64,000 nucleotides of DNA from Eledone cirrhosa (lineage: Eukaryota): positions 185,690,001 through 185,754,000 of the forward strand of contig OZ024741.1 of the NCBI GenBank assembly GCA_964016885.1. Direction: 5' to 3'. Of the stretch, positions 1-12,495 are shown one piece after another (the first letter of the stretch is position 1; each line of letters begins with the position of its first letter). The notes under the pieces are model-generated. The model ran no database searches and was not told the origin of the DNA. It saw only the letters and a program-made list of their open reading frames with translations. Position numbers and translations under genes: made by a program.

Positions 1-960
1 TGTTTGTGTTAATGTATGTGTATTGTTGTTTGTTTTTTGTTATGTTGTTTTGGTTTGTTGTTCATTTTGTAGTTTTCTTTTTATGGTGGGCATTTATGTT
101 TGGGGTGGTGTTGGTATTTGTTTTGCTGGCATGGGAGGGGGGTTGATTGTGGTGGTGTTTGTTTCATTGTTTGTGTTGGTGCTTGGGTTTTTATGTTGGT
201 GATTGGTGTTTTTGTGGCTTTGCGGTGTTTCTTATTCTGTTTTTTTTTTATTTCCGAGGCTCTCCTTCATCTTCACTTGGGAATGAAGTAGCCCCTGATG
301 AATCGTCATCAGTGGCGTATTGGAGGGGTATGTTGTGTGGTGATTGTGTGTTTGTGTGTGCGATTGTGGTAGTGTTGGATGGAGTGGGATGGGGTGGGAC
401 TGTGTTTTTCCGGGGAATTTTTTGTTTTTCCTGTTGTTTGTGGTTGAGCAGTTGTTTGTTTTTGTGTGTTTGCTTGTTTTGTGTGATATTGTTGTTGTTG
501 TGGTTTGGGAGTTGGTATTGGTAAAAGTACTTTTTGGGGGCGGTGGTGTTTGTTCGTAAGAGAGGACAGGAGGCCTTTAAATGCGATGTGCTTGCGCATT
601 TAAAACAATGTGACCTCAGCCATTCAGCCGAAATGTGTATATAGTTTGTATTGTCTACTGGCACCCTTTCTGGTATCTTGGAAATTCTGTCCGGTTTCAT
701 TTGGACCAAAATTTCCAAGCTTGTGCCGTTCCAGGTGTTTCTTGTGGATGTTTGAATCGACAGTATTGTGTCTTCATCCTCCTCCAAGAACCCTGCCAGA
801 ATCCACTAGATGTTAATGTTGGGTGGTATATTGGTGTTGTTTATTTTTTGTGTTCTTTTTCCCATGTATGTAGGGTAAAAGGTGTGTGTGGCAGAGGTGA
901 CTGGGGTCACTGGGTATTTTTTCGCAAGGGCCTCACTTTTGAAGAGCACCGAAATGCTGA
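1..960 (-). mobile_element. Tx1/L1-type LINE ORF1 remnant (gag-like zinc knuckle), 5'-truncated, runs off the window start
   Basis: Minus-strand translation ISVLFKSEALAKK..YPTYMGKRT..IPP..CFKCASTSHLKASC..SEDEGEP aligns with ORF1 of the element at 53955-59796 (ISVLFKSESLAMK..YPSHMGKRT..IPP..CFVCGVKTHLRAFC..SEDEGKP). CCHC knuckle present; in-frame stops. Confidence 0.85.
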
Positions 961-3234
961 ATTAATCATGTGCTATATATGAAAATTATATTCAATTACG
1001 TCACTTTACGTTCCTATTTCGAATCTCACCAATCTTGATTTTACCTTTCATTCTCTCGGGGAAGATAAAATAATGTACTAGTAAAATACTAATTATCACC
1101 TAAGCAACTAATCTCTTTGTGCTCTGAGGTAAACGTTGGCTGCCATCTTTTCAGGATGGATAAAATGAAGCGCTTTTGTTTATAATAGTAAATTATTGCA
1201 AATATTATCTGTTAAGTCGTATATCGATACTTGGGTGATAGACGTAATCCACTTGTCATTGGGTGTATTTTCTGAAGATTTTGAACCAGTATTGCCATCA
1301 GTTTCAGGGTTCTTGAACATGGTAGGGAATACTAATATACCTCAGCTGACTAAGCTACTGAAAGATGAAATAAAATAAAGACACAAATGTGTAAATGATT
1401 TTGAATTAAGTGATAAAAATGCATATTCGAAAAAAGAAAGTATAAAGAAAGAAAAATGATAGAAAAATTGAAAGCAATATAAAACAAAGAAATAAATAAA
1501 GAAACTTTTAAATGGGTGGTTATTATGTACAGGAACTGAGAATAATTATATGCGTGAGAGGTGAAAGCTATCCACAGTGACAGCTTCTCACACCATTAAT
1601 TCGAAGCAACATCTGTATTTTGCATTTCATTTGCACGAGATAAATGAAATTAACGAAATAATATTAAATCTTTATATTTATTTTTTTAATATTTTAATAT
1701 TTATTATGTTAGAATAATGTTTTTTATCTAGAATTGATTTCACAACACATGTAATTAGAAATATTTCGCCACAGATATTGGGAGGTAACGTTGTCACTTA
1801 TATCGATCTCCTGCATTTAACTAGTACTTATTTTATCCACTTCTAGAAGATGAAAGATAAGGTTAAACATGTAAATATATGTTTTATAAAACACAGAAGA
1901 AATTGGTGCTGGTCTGTTGACTTTAGCTTGGGAACGAAAAATCCTAGAAATTCCTTGCTGAGCCTGGCGTAATTGCCGCTTAGCAATTGAATAAAAGTGA
2001 GGGGTGTGAGCATAACGATGAAACGTTTCTACATGCATTCCTTAAATGTCCTGGCAAAGCTGACCTATGTGGGTATTGAAAACAGGGGATTTTTGCATGT
2101 TGGAAATATTGGGTTATCATCTGAATGTATAATTGATATCCCGTAATCACATTAATTCGCTAGAAAACATGGATTAATTTTCTCCTTCTGGCTGCTCTAG
2201 CAAAAATATTTGTATGTTGAATAAGTTGGAAAGGACTGCTGACCGAGATTTTCCACTTCTGCCAAGCACTCGACAATCTCTTCAAGTTCCACTTATAGTT
2301 TAATGTGAACTGGATTAAAGGGTCAGACCTTTAGTAAAATTGTTGAAAGATAGGGAGAGTGGTGTGTATCGTCTGTGTAAATGGATCTACCCCCAGTATA
2401 TATCTGCATTCTGAAGATCATAGCTGGAAGGTGGCATTTGTATTTGATTACAAGAGCACTATGAGATATATAAGGTATTTTTATATTATAAATCTTTCAA
2501 ACAATTCTGATTTTGTAATTGGTTTTCATGGTACCCGCTCACCAATCGTCCTTGTGGCAAATAAAAATAGCTACGTCGCCGGGTTGAAAGAGTTTACTTG
2601 ACAGCTACAGATGCCAACCTTCGAGCTATCTCCCTTAGTCGTTTACCAATGTTGATTCGGGGTTGCCTATTCGCCCGGCAGTTGTCCGTTAATATCACAA
2701 CTAGCCATCATATCTAGTAGGCATATTGCTACCCACAACAGGTGATCCATTCTGTAGCAGAACAGCTCTGACGAGAAAGAACAGCTCTGCTGAGAGAGAT
2801 TTTTTCCAGTTACAGAGGGATCTCCTTGTTCAGCCTCCCGGTAAAGTCTATGTTAAGTGTCTGTCAAAGAGATGCAGGGAGATTATTGAGTACAAGCTTG
2901 CTGATGAACAGTGCAGTTTTTACCCCGGAGACCTCAGAGCCGACCAAATATTCACACTATGGAAGGTCTTTGAGAAATCATGGGAGTATTGCCAAGAGGT
3001 ATATTGTTGTTTTGTTGATCTTGAAAAGGCATGTGACTGTGTTCCTCGGGACCTGCTGTGGAAGGTTCTACAGGAGTATGGGATCCGCGGTCAGTTTCTT
3101 GCTACCCCGATGTCTTTATGCGAATGCCCAAGAATTTGTGTTCGGATAAATAGTTCTAAATCGAAACCATTCAATGTGCGAGTCTGACACCACGAGGTGT
3201 GCGTACTGTTACCACTCCTGCTCATTATTTCCAT

Positions 3235-3302
3235 TCGGTGGTTCAGTGGTAAAATGCTCGCCTGCCACGCGGGCGGCTCGGTTTCGATTCCCGGCCGATG
3301 CA
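3235..3302 (+). tRNA. tRNA-Gly(GCC) retrocopy/pseudogene missing the first 3 nt, followed by a 3' trailer and T9
   Basis: tcggtggttcagtggtaaaatgctcgcctGCCacgcgggcggctcggtttcgattcccggccgatgca closely matches metazoan tRNA-Gly(GCC). Anticodon at 3264-3266; no CCA; T-run at 3308-3316. Confidence 0.85.
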
Positions 3303-3316
3303 TGTTATTTTTTTTT

Positions 3317-3428
3317 GCCATTCTGAGATGAAATCCTTTCGAGGTTAACTTTGCCTTACGGGGTCGATAAAATAAAGTACCAGTAATGTACTCGATAATT
3401 GCTGGCCTTGTGCCAAAAAGTAGAAACA
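3317..3428 (+). mobile_element. 3' half of the tRNA-derived SINE, fused to the tRNA-Gly copy
   Basis: gaggttaactttgcc..ggggtcgataaaataaagtaccagtaa..ggccttgtgccaaaaagtagaaaca matches the SINE copies at 23637-23832 and 36743-36932. Confidence 0.9.
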
Positions 3429-4917
3429 ATTATTTCCATGAACATGACTAACATGTGCAGCTGTGTTAGATGTTTTGTCATGATTGACAGGTGTAAAAAT
3501 CAGTAAAATCATTCGGTTGGAATTAGGAGACGAAATGGTGTTACGTAACTCCACAGAAGATGATCTCCGACTGGCACTCAATATGTATGATGAGTGCTGC
3601 ATGGCTGGAATCAAAATCGATGCTGCGAAAACTGAGACACTCATCCTCTCAAGGAAGCCTGCGCAGTGCATTCTACATGTGAATGGAGTTTCACTGAGGT
3701 AGATGGATACTTTAAAGTATCTCGGGGCCATGTTCACGAGTGGTGGAAGGCCGGTGGCTGAATTTAGTGTAAGAATTACTGGAGCTGCTGAAGTAATGGG
3801 CTAGCTTCAGCATTCAGTAATCAGAAGGGAGGTAAGTAAAAAAGTCAGAAATCTTGAGTAATGACCGAAAGAATACGATAGCGAATACAATCAGCCGAAA
3901 TGAGGTTCCTACGATGGGTCTTTAGAGTAACGTTACTCGACAGAGTGCGTAGCTTCGAGATCAAAGAGTCACTCCAGGTAGAGCCGCTACTTCTCCGAAT
4001 TGAAAGATCGCAGCTCCGATAATATGGACATATGGTTAGAATGTATTAGTAAAGATCCGGCAGGATAGGGAGTGGCAGACCCCAAGCAAGATGTTTGGGT
4101 AACATCCATGAGCTTGGCTGGTCTCGCTTGGACATCCAACCGGATCAGTTGGAGAGGGTTGTTTGCTTCGGAAAGGACAAGATGGATGATGTGTTTGAGA
4201 AATCTGCTCCCACGACCCTCTCAAGAAGAAGAAGAAGAAGAAGAAGAAGAAGAAGAAGAAGAAGAAGAAATATATACATGAGCGTCAAAATGGAAGTATA
4301 CCGTCTACCCAGTATATTTGTCGAGCGAGTGGTGGGAGTCGTGAACATGGCTCGTTTGGCATTTGAGATATTTGTTCTGGCTCTTTATATGCTGAGTTCA
4401 AAATGTCCACACTACCTATTATAGGATCAACCATGCATTTACTTTTCTGAGTTCGTTAAAATAAATTACTGGCCAAATACTGAGGTTGGTTTACACGACG
4501 TACGAATTATGGCTTTGACCCTTAGATTTCAGAATTAACATACCAACTATATATATATATATATTTAAATTTTTGAAATGATTGGTCTGTCATTATTTTC
4601 ATTAGTCTGATTTATGTCAATGCCAGGAGCAAATCCTGTATTTCCAGTATTACAAGCAGCTAATAGAGCAGAACAACATGGTGCTTCACACTGCAAATCA
4701 TGGACAATTTCTGCAATTGATTTCCAATGTGAAAGAAGAACAACAAAAACTACAACAATAACAACTAAAACAGCAGTGTCAACAACAACAACGTCGAGAA
4801 CAATAGTGTCACCAGCAACATGAACCTCAACACTAACTGCGCAATTCTATTTGTAAATGTATTTAATTAACACCATAGATTTATACCTTTGTTCCCCCCC
4901 CTCCTCCTCCTCGCCCT

Positions 4918-4957
4918 TCTACTACTACTAATAATAATAACACTACTACTAATACAG

Positions 4958-5012
<55 letters not shown>

Positions 5013-5042
5013 AACCACCACCACGACCACAACCACCACAAA

Positions 5043-5128
<86 letters not shown>
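4918..5128. repeat. (CTA)n/(CCA)n compound microsatellite
   Basis: Seen directly; explains the poly-L/V/S pseudo-ORFs. Confidence 0.95.
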
Positions 5129-5557
5129 TGAACTCCTTCGACAGTAAAACGGAATATCGGCCGACATAATAACAACCGTAATAAGTATAAAATGGCCGTT
5201 CTTGTTTGGTGAATAATTTAACGGTTAATGTTTTATAAAATACTAGCAGTTTAGCCCGGCGTTGCTCGGGTTTATTCATTTGCTATGAAAAGTTACATAC
5301 AGGTAAACCTGGCTTGAAAGCGAATAAGCTTATCAATTAAGTGCATAAAGCAGTTGAACCGGTTATTAAAAGTTACGAACCAATTAGCATTTTGGACAAT
5401 CAATGATGGGTTAATAATCTTCCAATAGCGAATCTAAAGTTGCAAGATGGTGGCCCTGATGCCGCTGGGTGTCACATCTGTCCGCCATGGGTGACCCTAC
5501 CAGGAACTAGTTTTCCAAGCGGCATAGTTCCAACACCTCCAACAGCTGCACCAACAT

Positions 5558-8402
5558 CTATAGCACCTCTTTGTAGACGATATTGCATGTCATCCCTTGA
5601 GGAGTGTAAGCAAAAAGTGCATTCCTGCTCCCTACGTGGGAACAGGCAACATAAAGATGACCATGGGAGAAGCATGGCTCCCCCAAATGGATGCCCGCCA
5701 CCGACAATGTTTGCCCTTGTGACTTGTTAATGGACATGGCAAAACATGGTCTCATCGGGAATTGGGATCGCCGGAAATCGAACGGGATATCTGACGTCGA
5801 GGGGAAAAGTTTTATCCTTGGAATGAAAACATTCTCCCCTCTCCCGCACCCCGTTACAATGGTGGCCTCAATCAAGTGGGGCGTCATTGACTTGACGACC
5901 ATGCGAGTACCGTTGCACTGCTTTGGTGGGCGCAAGTTCCTTATTAGCATAATGAGACAGCCAACACTAAATTTAAGAATGTGAGGTGGGAGCCCTGGAG
6001 GCTCAAGGGAATTTAATAACTCAACCGGATAATTAACGATATCGTCGGGGTCTAACGTCCGGTCGATAGATTTGAAGATGTGCTCTTTACCGGGAATTTT
6101 CTCAATCAGCTGCTCGTTAATAAAAAACCACGGCATTTTTCAGAGCAGGATGGCTCTTTCGCTGAGCCAATCGAAGTTTTTAAAGTTAGATGAGATATTA
6201 GCAAAAACTGCCTCCCAAAGGTCAGAAGGGCTGCTCACAATGTTGCACAGGGAGTCAATTCCTATGCCGCCCTTGTCATCCCAGGGACCTTGCCATCACG
6301 AAGTGCTAAAATGTTCTGAGCAAATGCTGCATACATGTTGTCACCATGCAAATGAGCACGTATTTGTGCTCAGGTACAAAGTCTTCACCTGGGGCCACAA
6401 CGTGGACGACTTAAGGCAGGCACGCACTTCATCAGCTCTTGTCCCTTTGGGGATGGCAGGCAGCGTTTACCGAAAATCCCCTGATAGCAAAAGGGTTACG
6501 TCACCCATAGGAGCCGTAGAATCCCTAATGTCTTTCAGGGTCTTGTCCAATGCCTCAAGGGCACCCTTGTGCACTCATCCCAAACATTGAGGCAACATTT
6601 TTTGCGAACGAGAGCTTCGTGTGATCTCTTGCTGATATTGTACGTTGGTGTCTCAGTCTTTACTAAATCCAAGGGGAGTTTAAAGGTTGAATGTGCTGTC
6701 CTGCCTCTCGGCAGCAAAGTAGCAGCGATCCCGGACGATGCAACGGCCAACGCAATTTTTTTCTCCTGACGAAACTTAGCGGGAATCAATTTTGTTACAA
6801 AAGTTTTTCCGGTAACCCCGGGAGCATCGAGAAAGTAAATACCCCAGTCTGATTTTGAACCGCGTCAATGATAGTTAAATAGGCCAACCTTTGGTCATCA
6901 GACGTTTGGGCTCATTTTCCTCTAAGTATTGGGAAATAGATTCGATGCCATATGCTGTTTCCCGCAACAAATCCTGGGCCAACGTGTTAACTTCCTCTCT
7001 GGCGGTTGACGGCAAGCCATACGTCGCCAACTCACTCCCACCCATGTCGAGGAGGGCGTCCTCGATGTCAATGAGTGCCCTGTTGTAGATAATGCCGCTG
7101 TAAGCAAATTCCACTGAAGGATACTGCAGATGAGCCAGGAGGAGGAAATCCTCAGACATGAAGTCTCTGTACTTGACCCATAAAGATTTGGGATCACCCA
7201 ATTCACACTTTTGAAGCAAAATGGCAAAGATTTCCCGTAGACCTTTAGGTGATTTCAACAAAGCACCCTCTGCTAAAGTGGAATCCCATTGCGAATCATC
7301 TTCCAAAAGACTACGCTTAAAGCAGGCTTCCCGGTACGTATCACATATTTCTCCATTAACAGTTTTGAGGTCCTGAAAACTTTGTGGGCCTACAACTTCA
7401 TGCAGGAGAAGGCGGAGATTTAAGCACTCATGCTGACTTGGGGGCACAGTGTAAACCCTTCCAAGACAGCTGTCAAATTTGACACCAGGATGTCATTCAA
7501 CAGCCTGACCTGTTTTTCGACCATATAAAGTCGGATGGAACCTGGGGGTACACAATTGTTTGCGCAAATGTATCGAACTGTCAAAGTTTGAAGAAACCTC
7601 TCAGAGTGGTCTCTTTCGGATCGGCGGCCAGCTTGGCAGCGGTTTGGTCCGTAAAGTAAACCCCTTGCCCAATTTCCAAATGTACCGCAAGGTGTACGAT
7701 GGCGGGGTGCCGTTGGTGTAGGGGGAAACCAAATAGGCGCCAAAAAGCTTCATTGCTACTGATGTACCGCCCCGCGAAGTATTCTGTAACCACATCAGAG
7801 CCCTTATTTACATATTTGCATATGTATTTTATAGACTTGACGGTGTTGTAAAACTCAACGTTGATGTGGGCGTTTAACATCTTCAAGAGAAGCGAGCAGT
7901 AAGGGACCACCCATCTATTGTCGACTTGACCTCCCTTTACTGTTGTGGTGAAGCCACCATTCTCGGGCCGTCTCCGCATGTACAGGGGGGTACCCATCGC
8001 AACCAGTCTGAGTCTCGTCAACAAATTCTTTGGGGTATCCCTTACTGCATGACCCTCCCTTTAAGACACGTGTGATGCTCATTAGGACCCGACGCACACG
8101 GATCATGTTAGCTTTGACGATGTCATGTAATTCCTGGTCAGTTGCTGGGTTAGGGATTTCAGCCGAAATGAGGCTGTCTATGTCATTTGAATTGATTTTA
8201 TCAGCTAACCAAATCAAAATGTGAGCATGTGGCAGCCCTCGTTTTTGCCATTCGACGGTGAACATGTCGCATTTTACAGTCCCAAATACCTGACCTTTTT
8301 TATTAAAGCCATGAGTTTAGCCAGTTTCAGTCTGAACACTCTGGCAATGAGGTCATGTCTGTTCGAATAATTTTGCCCAGGAAAAAGTGCAGGGGTTACA
8401 TT
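5558..8402 (-). pseudogene. Helitron RepHel pseudogene (HUH Rep + Pif1 helicase)
   Basis: EWQKRGLPHAHIL (HUH), KYICKYVNKG (catalytic Tyr), DAPGVTGKTF (Walker A), AVASSGIAATLL..GRTAHSTFKLP, FAMSINKSQGQTL, FSHGHLYVACS, spread over several frames. Confidence 0.93.
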
Positions 8403-8535
8403 CCGATTCATATGTCTATAGCATTAATCTGTTATATAAAGTGTTATTTTGCGGGTTGTTATTTGCAATAATCCGATTGAAAATGCCCCAGATAAGCCGT
8501 ATGCCAATACGGAACGCTCAATACGGAACGCTCCA

Positions 8536-9052
8536 CTGCAGTGTTGTCATATAGGGAGTGAAGAGAGACAGAGAGAGTAAAGCAGTTAAATTATAGAGAG
8601 GGAGAATATACGGAACACTTCATTTGATGATATACATTATTTCTCTCTCTGCAGTGCTGTCATATAGGGAGTGAAGAGCGACAGAGAGAGTAAAGCAGTT
8701 AAATTACAGAGAGGGGGGATATATGTGACGCTCCATTTGATCATATACATTGTTTCTCTCTCTGCAGTGTTGTCATATAGGGAGTGAAGAGCGACAGAGA
8801 GAGTAAAGCAGTTAAATTATAGAGAGGGAGAATATACGGAACGCTCCATTTGATGATATACATTATTTCTCTCTCTGCAGTGCTGTCATATAGGGAGTGA
8901 AGAGCGACAGAGAGAGTAAAGCAGTTAAATTATAGAGAGGGGGAATATATGTGACGCTCCATTTGATCATATACATTGTTTCTCTCTCTGCAGTGTTGTC
9001 ATATAGGGAGTGAAGAGCGACAGAGAGAGCAAAGCAGTTACATTATAGAGAG
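8536..9052. repeat. 113-bp minisatellite (~4.6 copies) inside the Helitron 5' region
   Basis: ctgcagtg recurs at 8536, 8649, 8762, 8875, 8988. Confidence 0.95.
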
Positions 9053-10100
9053 GTCATTATTGTTACGTTTGTTGTTTTATAAATTCATATGTTGCTTTTG
9101 AATATTTGTTATTTGATGTAAAATGTAACGTTGAGAGAGCAGTATGTATTTAGTGTTATCGGCTTTTTAAATGTTGATAGTTGATGTATGAGTGTCGTTA
9201 TGACTGTACAGAGGGGGAACAATCTATTGTAGAGAGAGGGGAGAGCGACGGAGAGAGTAAAGCTATGGTTGTTGTGTTGCTTAGGTTTCAAAGTTTGTGT
9301 CGCGTTCCTTCAAAAGAAGTTTTGTCGTTCTAAACTGTAAAGAGTAGTAGACGGAGGCAGTAACCTTTTAAAGAGAGTTGCTATGGAGATGAGGGGGGAA
9401 TAGAGAGAGTGATGAAACTTTTAAAGAGAGTTGCAGAGGAGATTGAGAGAGGAGTAGAGGAACATATGAACCTTTTAAAGAGAGTTGCAACATGTATGTA
9501 GTTTCATATATTTTTGATGGCAGTAGTGAGAGGAATGAAGCGTGTAAGAGAGAGGGTTACAGCATGTATTTAGTTTTATCGATTTTTTTTCATAGAAGCA
9601 GGACATATTTGGCAAAAATAATTATGTGTTGACCTGCCCTATGAAATTTGAAACACATTGGAAAAGATTCATCAAGATCGGTAGACAAATGTGGAAATGC
9701 ATAAAAATCATACACACACACAGAGACATCTACCGTTTTATATATATAGAAATTGCAAATTAAATCTAGCAATGAATTATTTTTTGGGGGGGAGGAGAGG
9801 AAGAGTAGCGGTATGGAGGTGATGGGGAGTGTTTGGTAAAGTAAAAAAAGGTAAAAAATATACAGATCAGGAATGGAAGGTATTGCATTTTACATACACA
9901 CACAAACACACATGTACACATGCACGTAAACAGACACACATACGGACACCTACATGTATATATATGTGTGTGTGAGTATATATATATATATGTGTGTGTG
10001 TATATATATATATATATACAATTGATATTAAATATATGGAAACTATAATCAGTTCTAAACATCTATATTTGTTGGATTCCCAACAAATTAAATATCTCTT

Positions 10101-10232
<132 letters not shown>

Positions 10233-10304
10233 ACACACACACACGCATATATATATATATATTTATTTATCTATATTTATATATATATACATATATATAT
10301 GGTG

Positions 10305-10904
10305 GCTGCCAACTCGTTTTCGAGTACGGCCACTACTTTATATCCATGTAGGAGAACCCCTACCGATGCGCTGAACGAGGGTAACTTTTTAGTCCAGCCA
10401 GCGTCTTGAAAACTCTGGTACAAACACTACACTACACTTGTGACAATTATTGACACATTGTGCTAGGCCCATGGTACCATGTGACGACAAGTGCAGAGAG
10501 ATCTCCAGATATAAAGCAATGCCTGTGCCGTGAAGCTTTTATAGTGAGCAAAGGCACTGCACAAAGCCAGTCCCACTCTCTTAACCAAGCTGATATTTAC
10601 CAAAAAGAAGAACATGTCAACATCATTGGATACCATCAGGGTTGCAGGTGCTATATCAGAGTTTTCCTTCTCCTAGAATTCTGCTTTGACAAAGGCTAAG
10701 GAGTCATCTCTGCCTGTGATTTTGGATGGCCATTGACTCTTAAGAGCTCCTTTGCTCTTTGAGTGATTTTGTTTTTAGTCCTGCAGGATGTCCAAAGTCA
10801 CCCTCCTCACCAAGAAACCTTGGTGGAGTTGCCAGTCTAGTCGCCATGAGACAGGTTGTACTGGGGTACATGTTACCACTAGCACTAACTGGTGACCTGA
10901 CATA
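10305..10904 (-). mobile_element. ~600-bp interspersed repeat, copy 1 (possibly an RTE 5'-end derivative)
   Basis: Highly similar to 24800-25374. Minus strand has ctaggagaaggaaaactctga (recalled from RTE 5' UTRs) and a degenerate YKVVAVLE(T/N) APE-like start. Family assignment is tentative. Confidence 0.6.
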
Positions 10905-10937
10905 ACATTATATATATATATATACATACATATATAT

Positions 10938-11014
<77 letters not shown>

Positions 11015-11044
11015 CCTCTATTCTTGTTCCCATCCAAGTTTTAA

Positions 11045-11090
<46 letters not shown>

Positions 11091-11095
<5 letters not shown>

Positions 11096-11209
11096 AAGGA
11101 GTAAGACCCCGACAGCTGACCTCAAGCTGTTTCAACGGCTAATTTTTTAGTCCAGAATTACCCGTCGAAACGGCTTGAGCTCAGCCGTCGGTGTCCTACT
11201 CGTTCCTAT
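11091..11209. repeat. Inverted repeat/fold-back with 48-bp arms between (TA)n tracts
   Basis: ataggaaggagtaagaccccgacagctgacctcaagctgtttcaacgg versus reverse complement of the right arm ataggaacgagtaggacaccgacggctgagctcaagccgtttcgacgg. Confidence 0.9.
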
Positions 11210-11285
11210 TACCCACTCTACTACCCCAAGGATTGAGTACTTTGGTGCGTTATGGTCCATCTGGTTTCTTACCATATTTCCTTCG

Positions 11286-11361
<76 letters not shown>

Positions 11362-11680
11362 GCATAAATATGTAAGACAAATACCGTTCCTTCTATGATA
11401 TGAATCATTGTCTTATCAGGGCGGGCAGTTTAATTCTGAATCGCAAGTTAATCGTATGACATAGCTTACAGTATATAGTCACGTCTCATTTACTTCGTTC
11501 GGAATTAAAATAATGGCTGTGTCTATGAAATAATTGCCAGACAAATACTGGGGTAGATGTAAGTGACTCTACTCACCCAGGAGAATTTTAAGTTAAAACT
11601 AAGCATTGTTATATCTAAGTATATTTCTGAAGAATTTCGATCACGTTTTGTGCATTTTCTGACACGCATGTTTTATATAT

Positions 11681-11945
11681 GGTAGTTACCACAATTCAGG
11701 TTTGCATTTATTATCTTGATTTATTCTTAAATTGAGTCTGGAAAACCCTATTGTCCATAGTTAGTATTTTTTTTCACCTTAGCGAATCTGGTCCCTTACG
11801 ATTTGAACACATATATGTATATATCTGTGTTTATCTTTCTTTTATATTCAATTATAATATACGGCTCGGAAAATCTCTTTCCTAAAGCTATTTTATTGTA
11901 AGAGACTATTTTCAGTTTCTAACTCAATATATACCTTTGATATAT
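11681..11945 (+). mobile_element. Diverged partial copy of the hammerhead-bearing element at 21556-22002 (ribozyme absent)
   Basis: ggtagttaccacaatt..ggtcccttacgatttgaacacatatat..gtaagagactattt..taactcaat aligns with 21742-22000. Confidence 0.8.
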
Positions 11946-12020
11946 TATATATGTGTGTGTCTATGTGTGTGAGCGCGCGTGAGGAGAAATTTAAGATATA
12001 ACATACCATTATTATTTCTA

Positions 12021-12097
12021 TCCTTACGGGGTCGATAAAATAAAATACCAGATAATTGCACTGGATAATTGCTGGCCTTGTGCCTAAAGTAGAAACA
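12021..12097 (+). mobile_element. 5'-truncated SINE with TSD attattatttcta
   Basis: SINE 3' core with attattatttcta on both sides. Confidence 0.85.
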
Positions 12098-12155
12098 ATT
12101 ATTATTTCTACTGGCATTTCTGAATTTCGATCAGTTTTTGAGCTGTTTGTGACAT

Positions 12156-12198
<43 letters not shown>

Positions 12199-12203
<5 letters not shown>

Positions 12204-12272
12204 GGTTTCAATAAATGTATACACAATTGGTGTAGAATGCTGTTAAAGTGTGTATACATCTTTTGGACACAC
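12199..12272. mobile_element. Tiny Tc1/mariner-like MITE remnant
   Basis: TA-cagggtttcaataaatgtatacaca ... tgtgtatacatcttttggacac form imperfect TIRs resembling CAGGGTGTCC ends. Confidence 0.4.
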
Positions 12273-12280
12273 ACACACAT

Positions 12281-12495
<215 letters not shown>

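Larger units (their letters stand above)
2571..4269 (+). mobile_element. Degenerate RTE-clade LINE (RT region) with (GAA)n tail; 5' part inverted
   Basis: ORF 2726-3187 has EQCSF..DQIFTL..FEKSWEY..CFVDLEKACDCVPR. Later FKYLG-like and AEMRFLR-like segments. (GAA)n tail at 4223-4269. Homologous to 38160-39990. Confidence 0.85.
5243..9750 (-). mobile_element. Helitron, internally deleted and frameshifted, both termini present
   Basis: Minus-strand 3' end cccgagcaacgccggg (hairpin)-ctaaactg-CTAG followed by T. 5' end TCTATATATATAAAAC at 9750. Internal Rep and Pif1 motifs. Confidence 0.9.

Noticed and set aside
1750-2560. Possible Gypsy RNase H/integrase remnant on the minus strand (IYTDD.., IHSDD.., VETFHR)
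   Set aside because: Only faint motif resemblance with many stops; needs a profile search.
8536-9052. Regular repeats that could suggest a CRISPR array
   Set aside because: Whole units repeat with no unique spacers; eukaryotic context; no cas genes.
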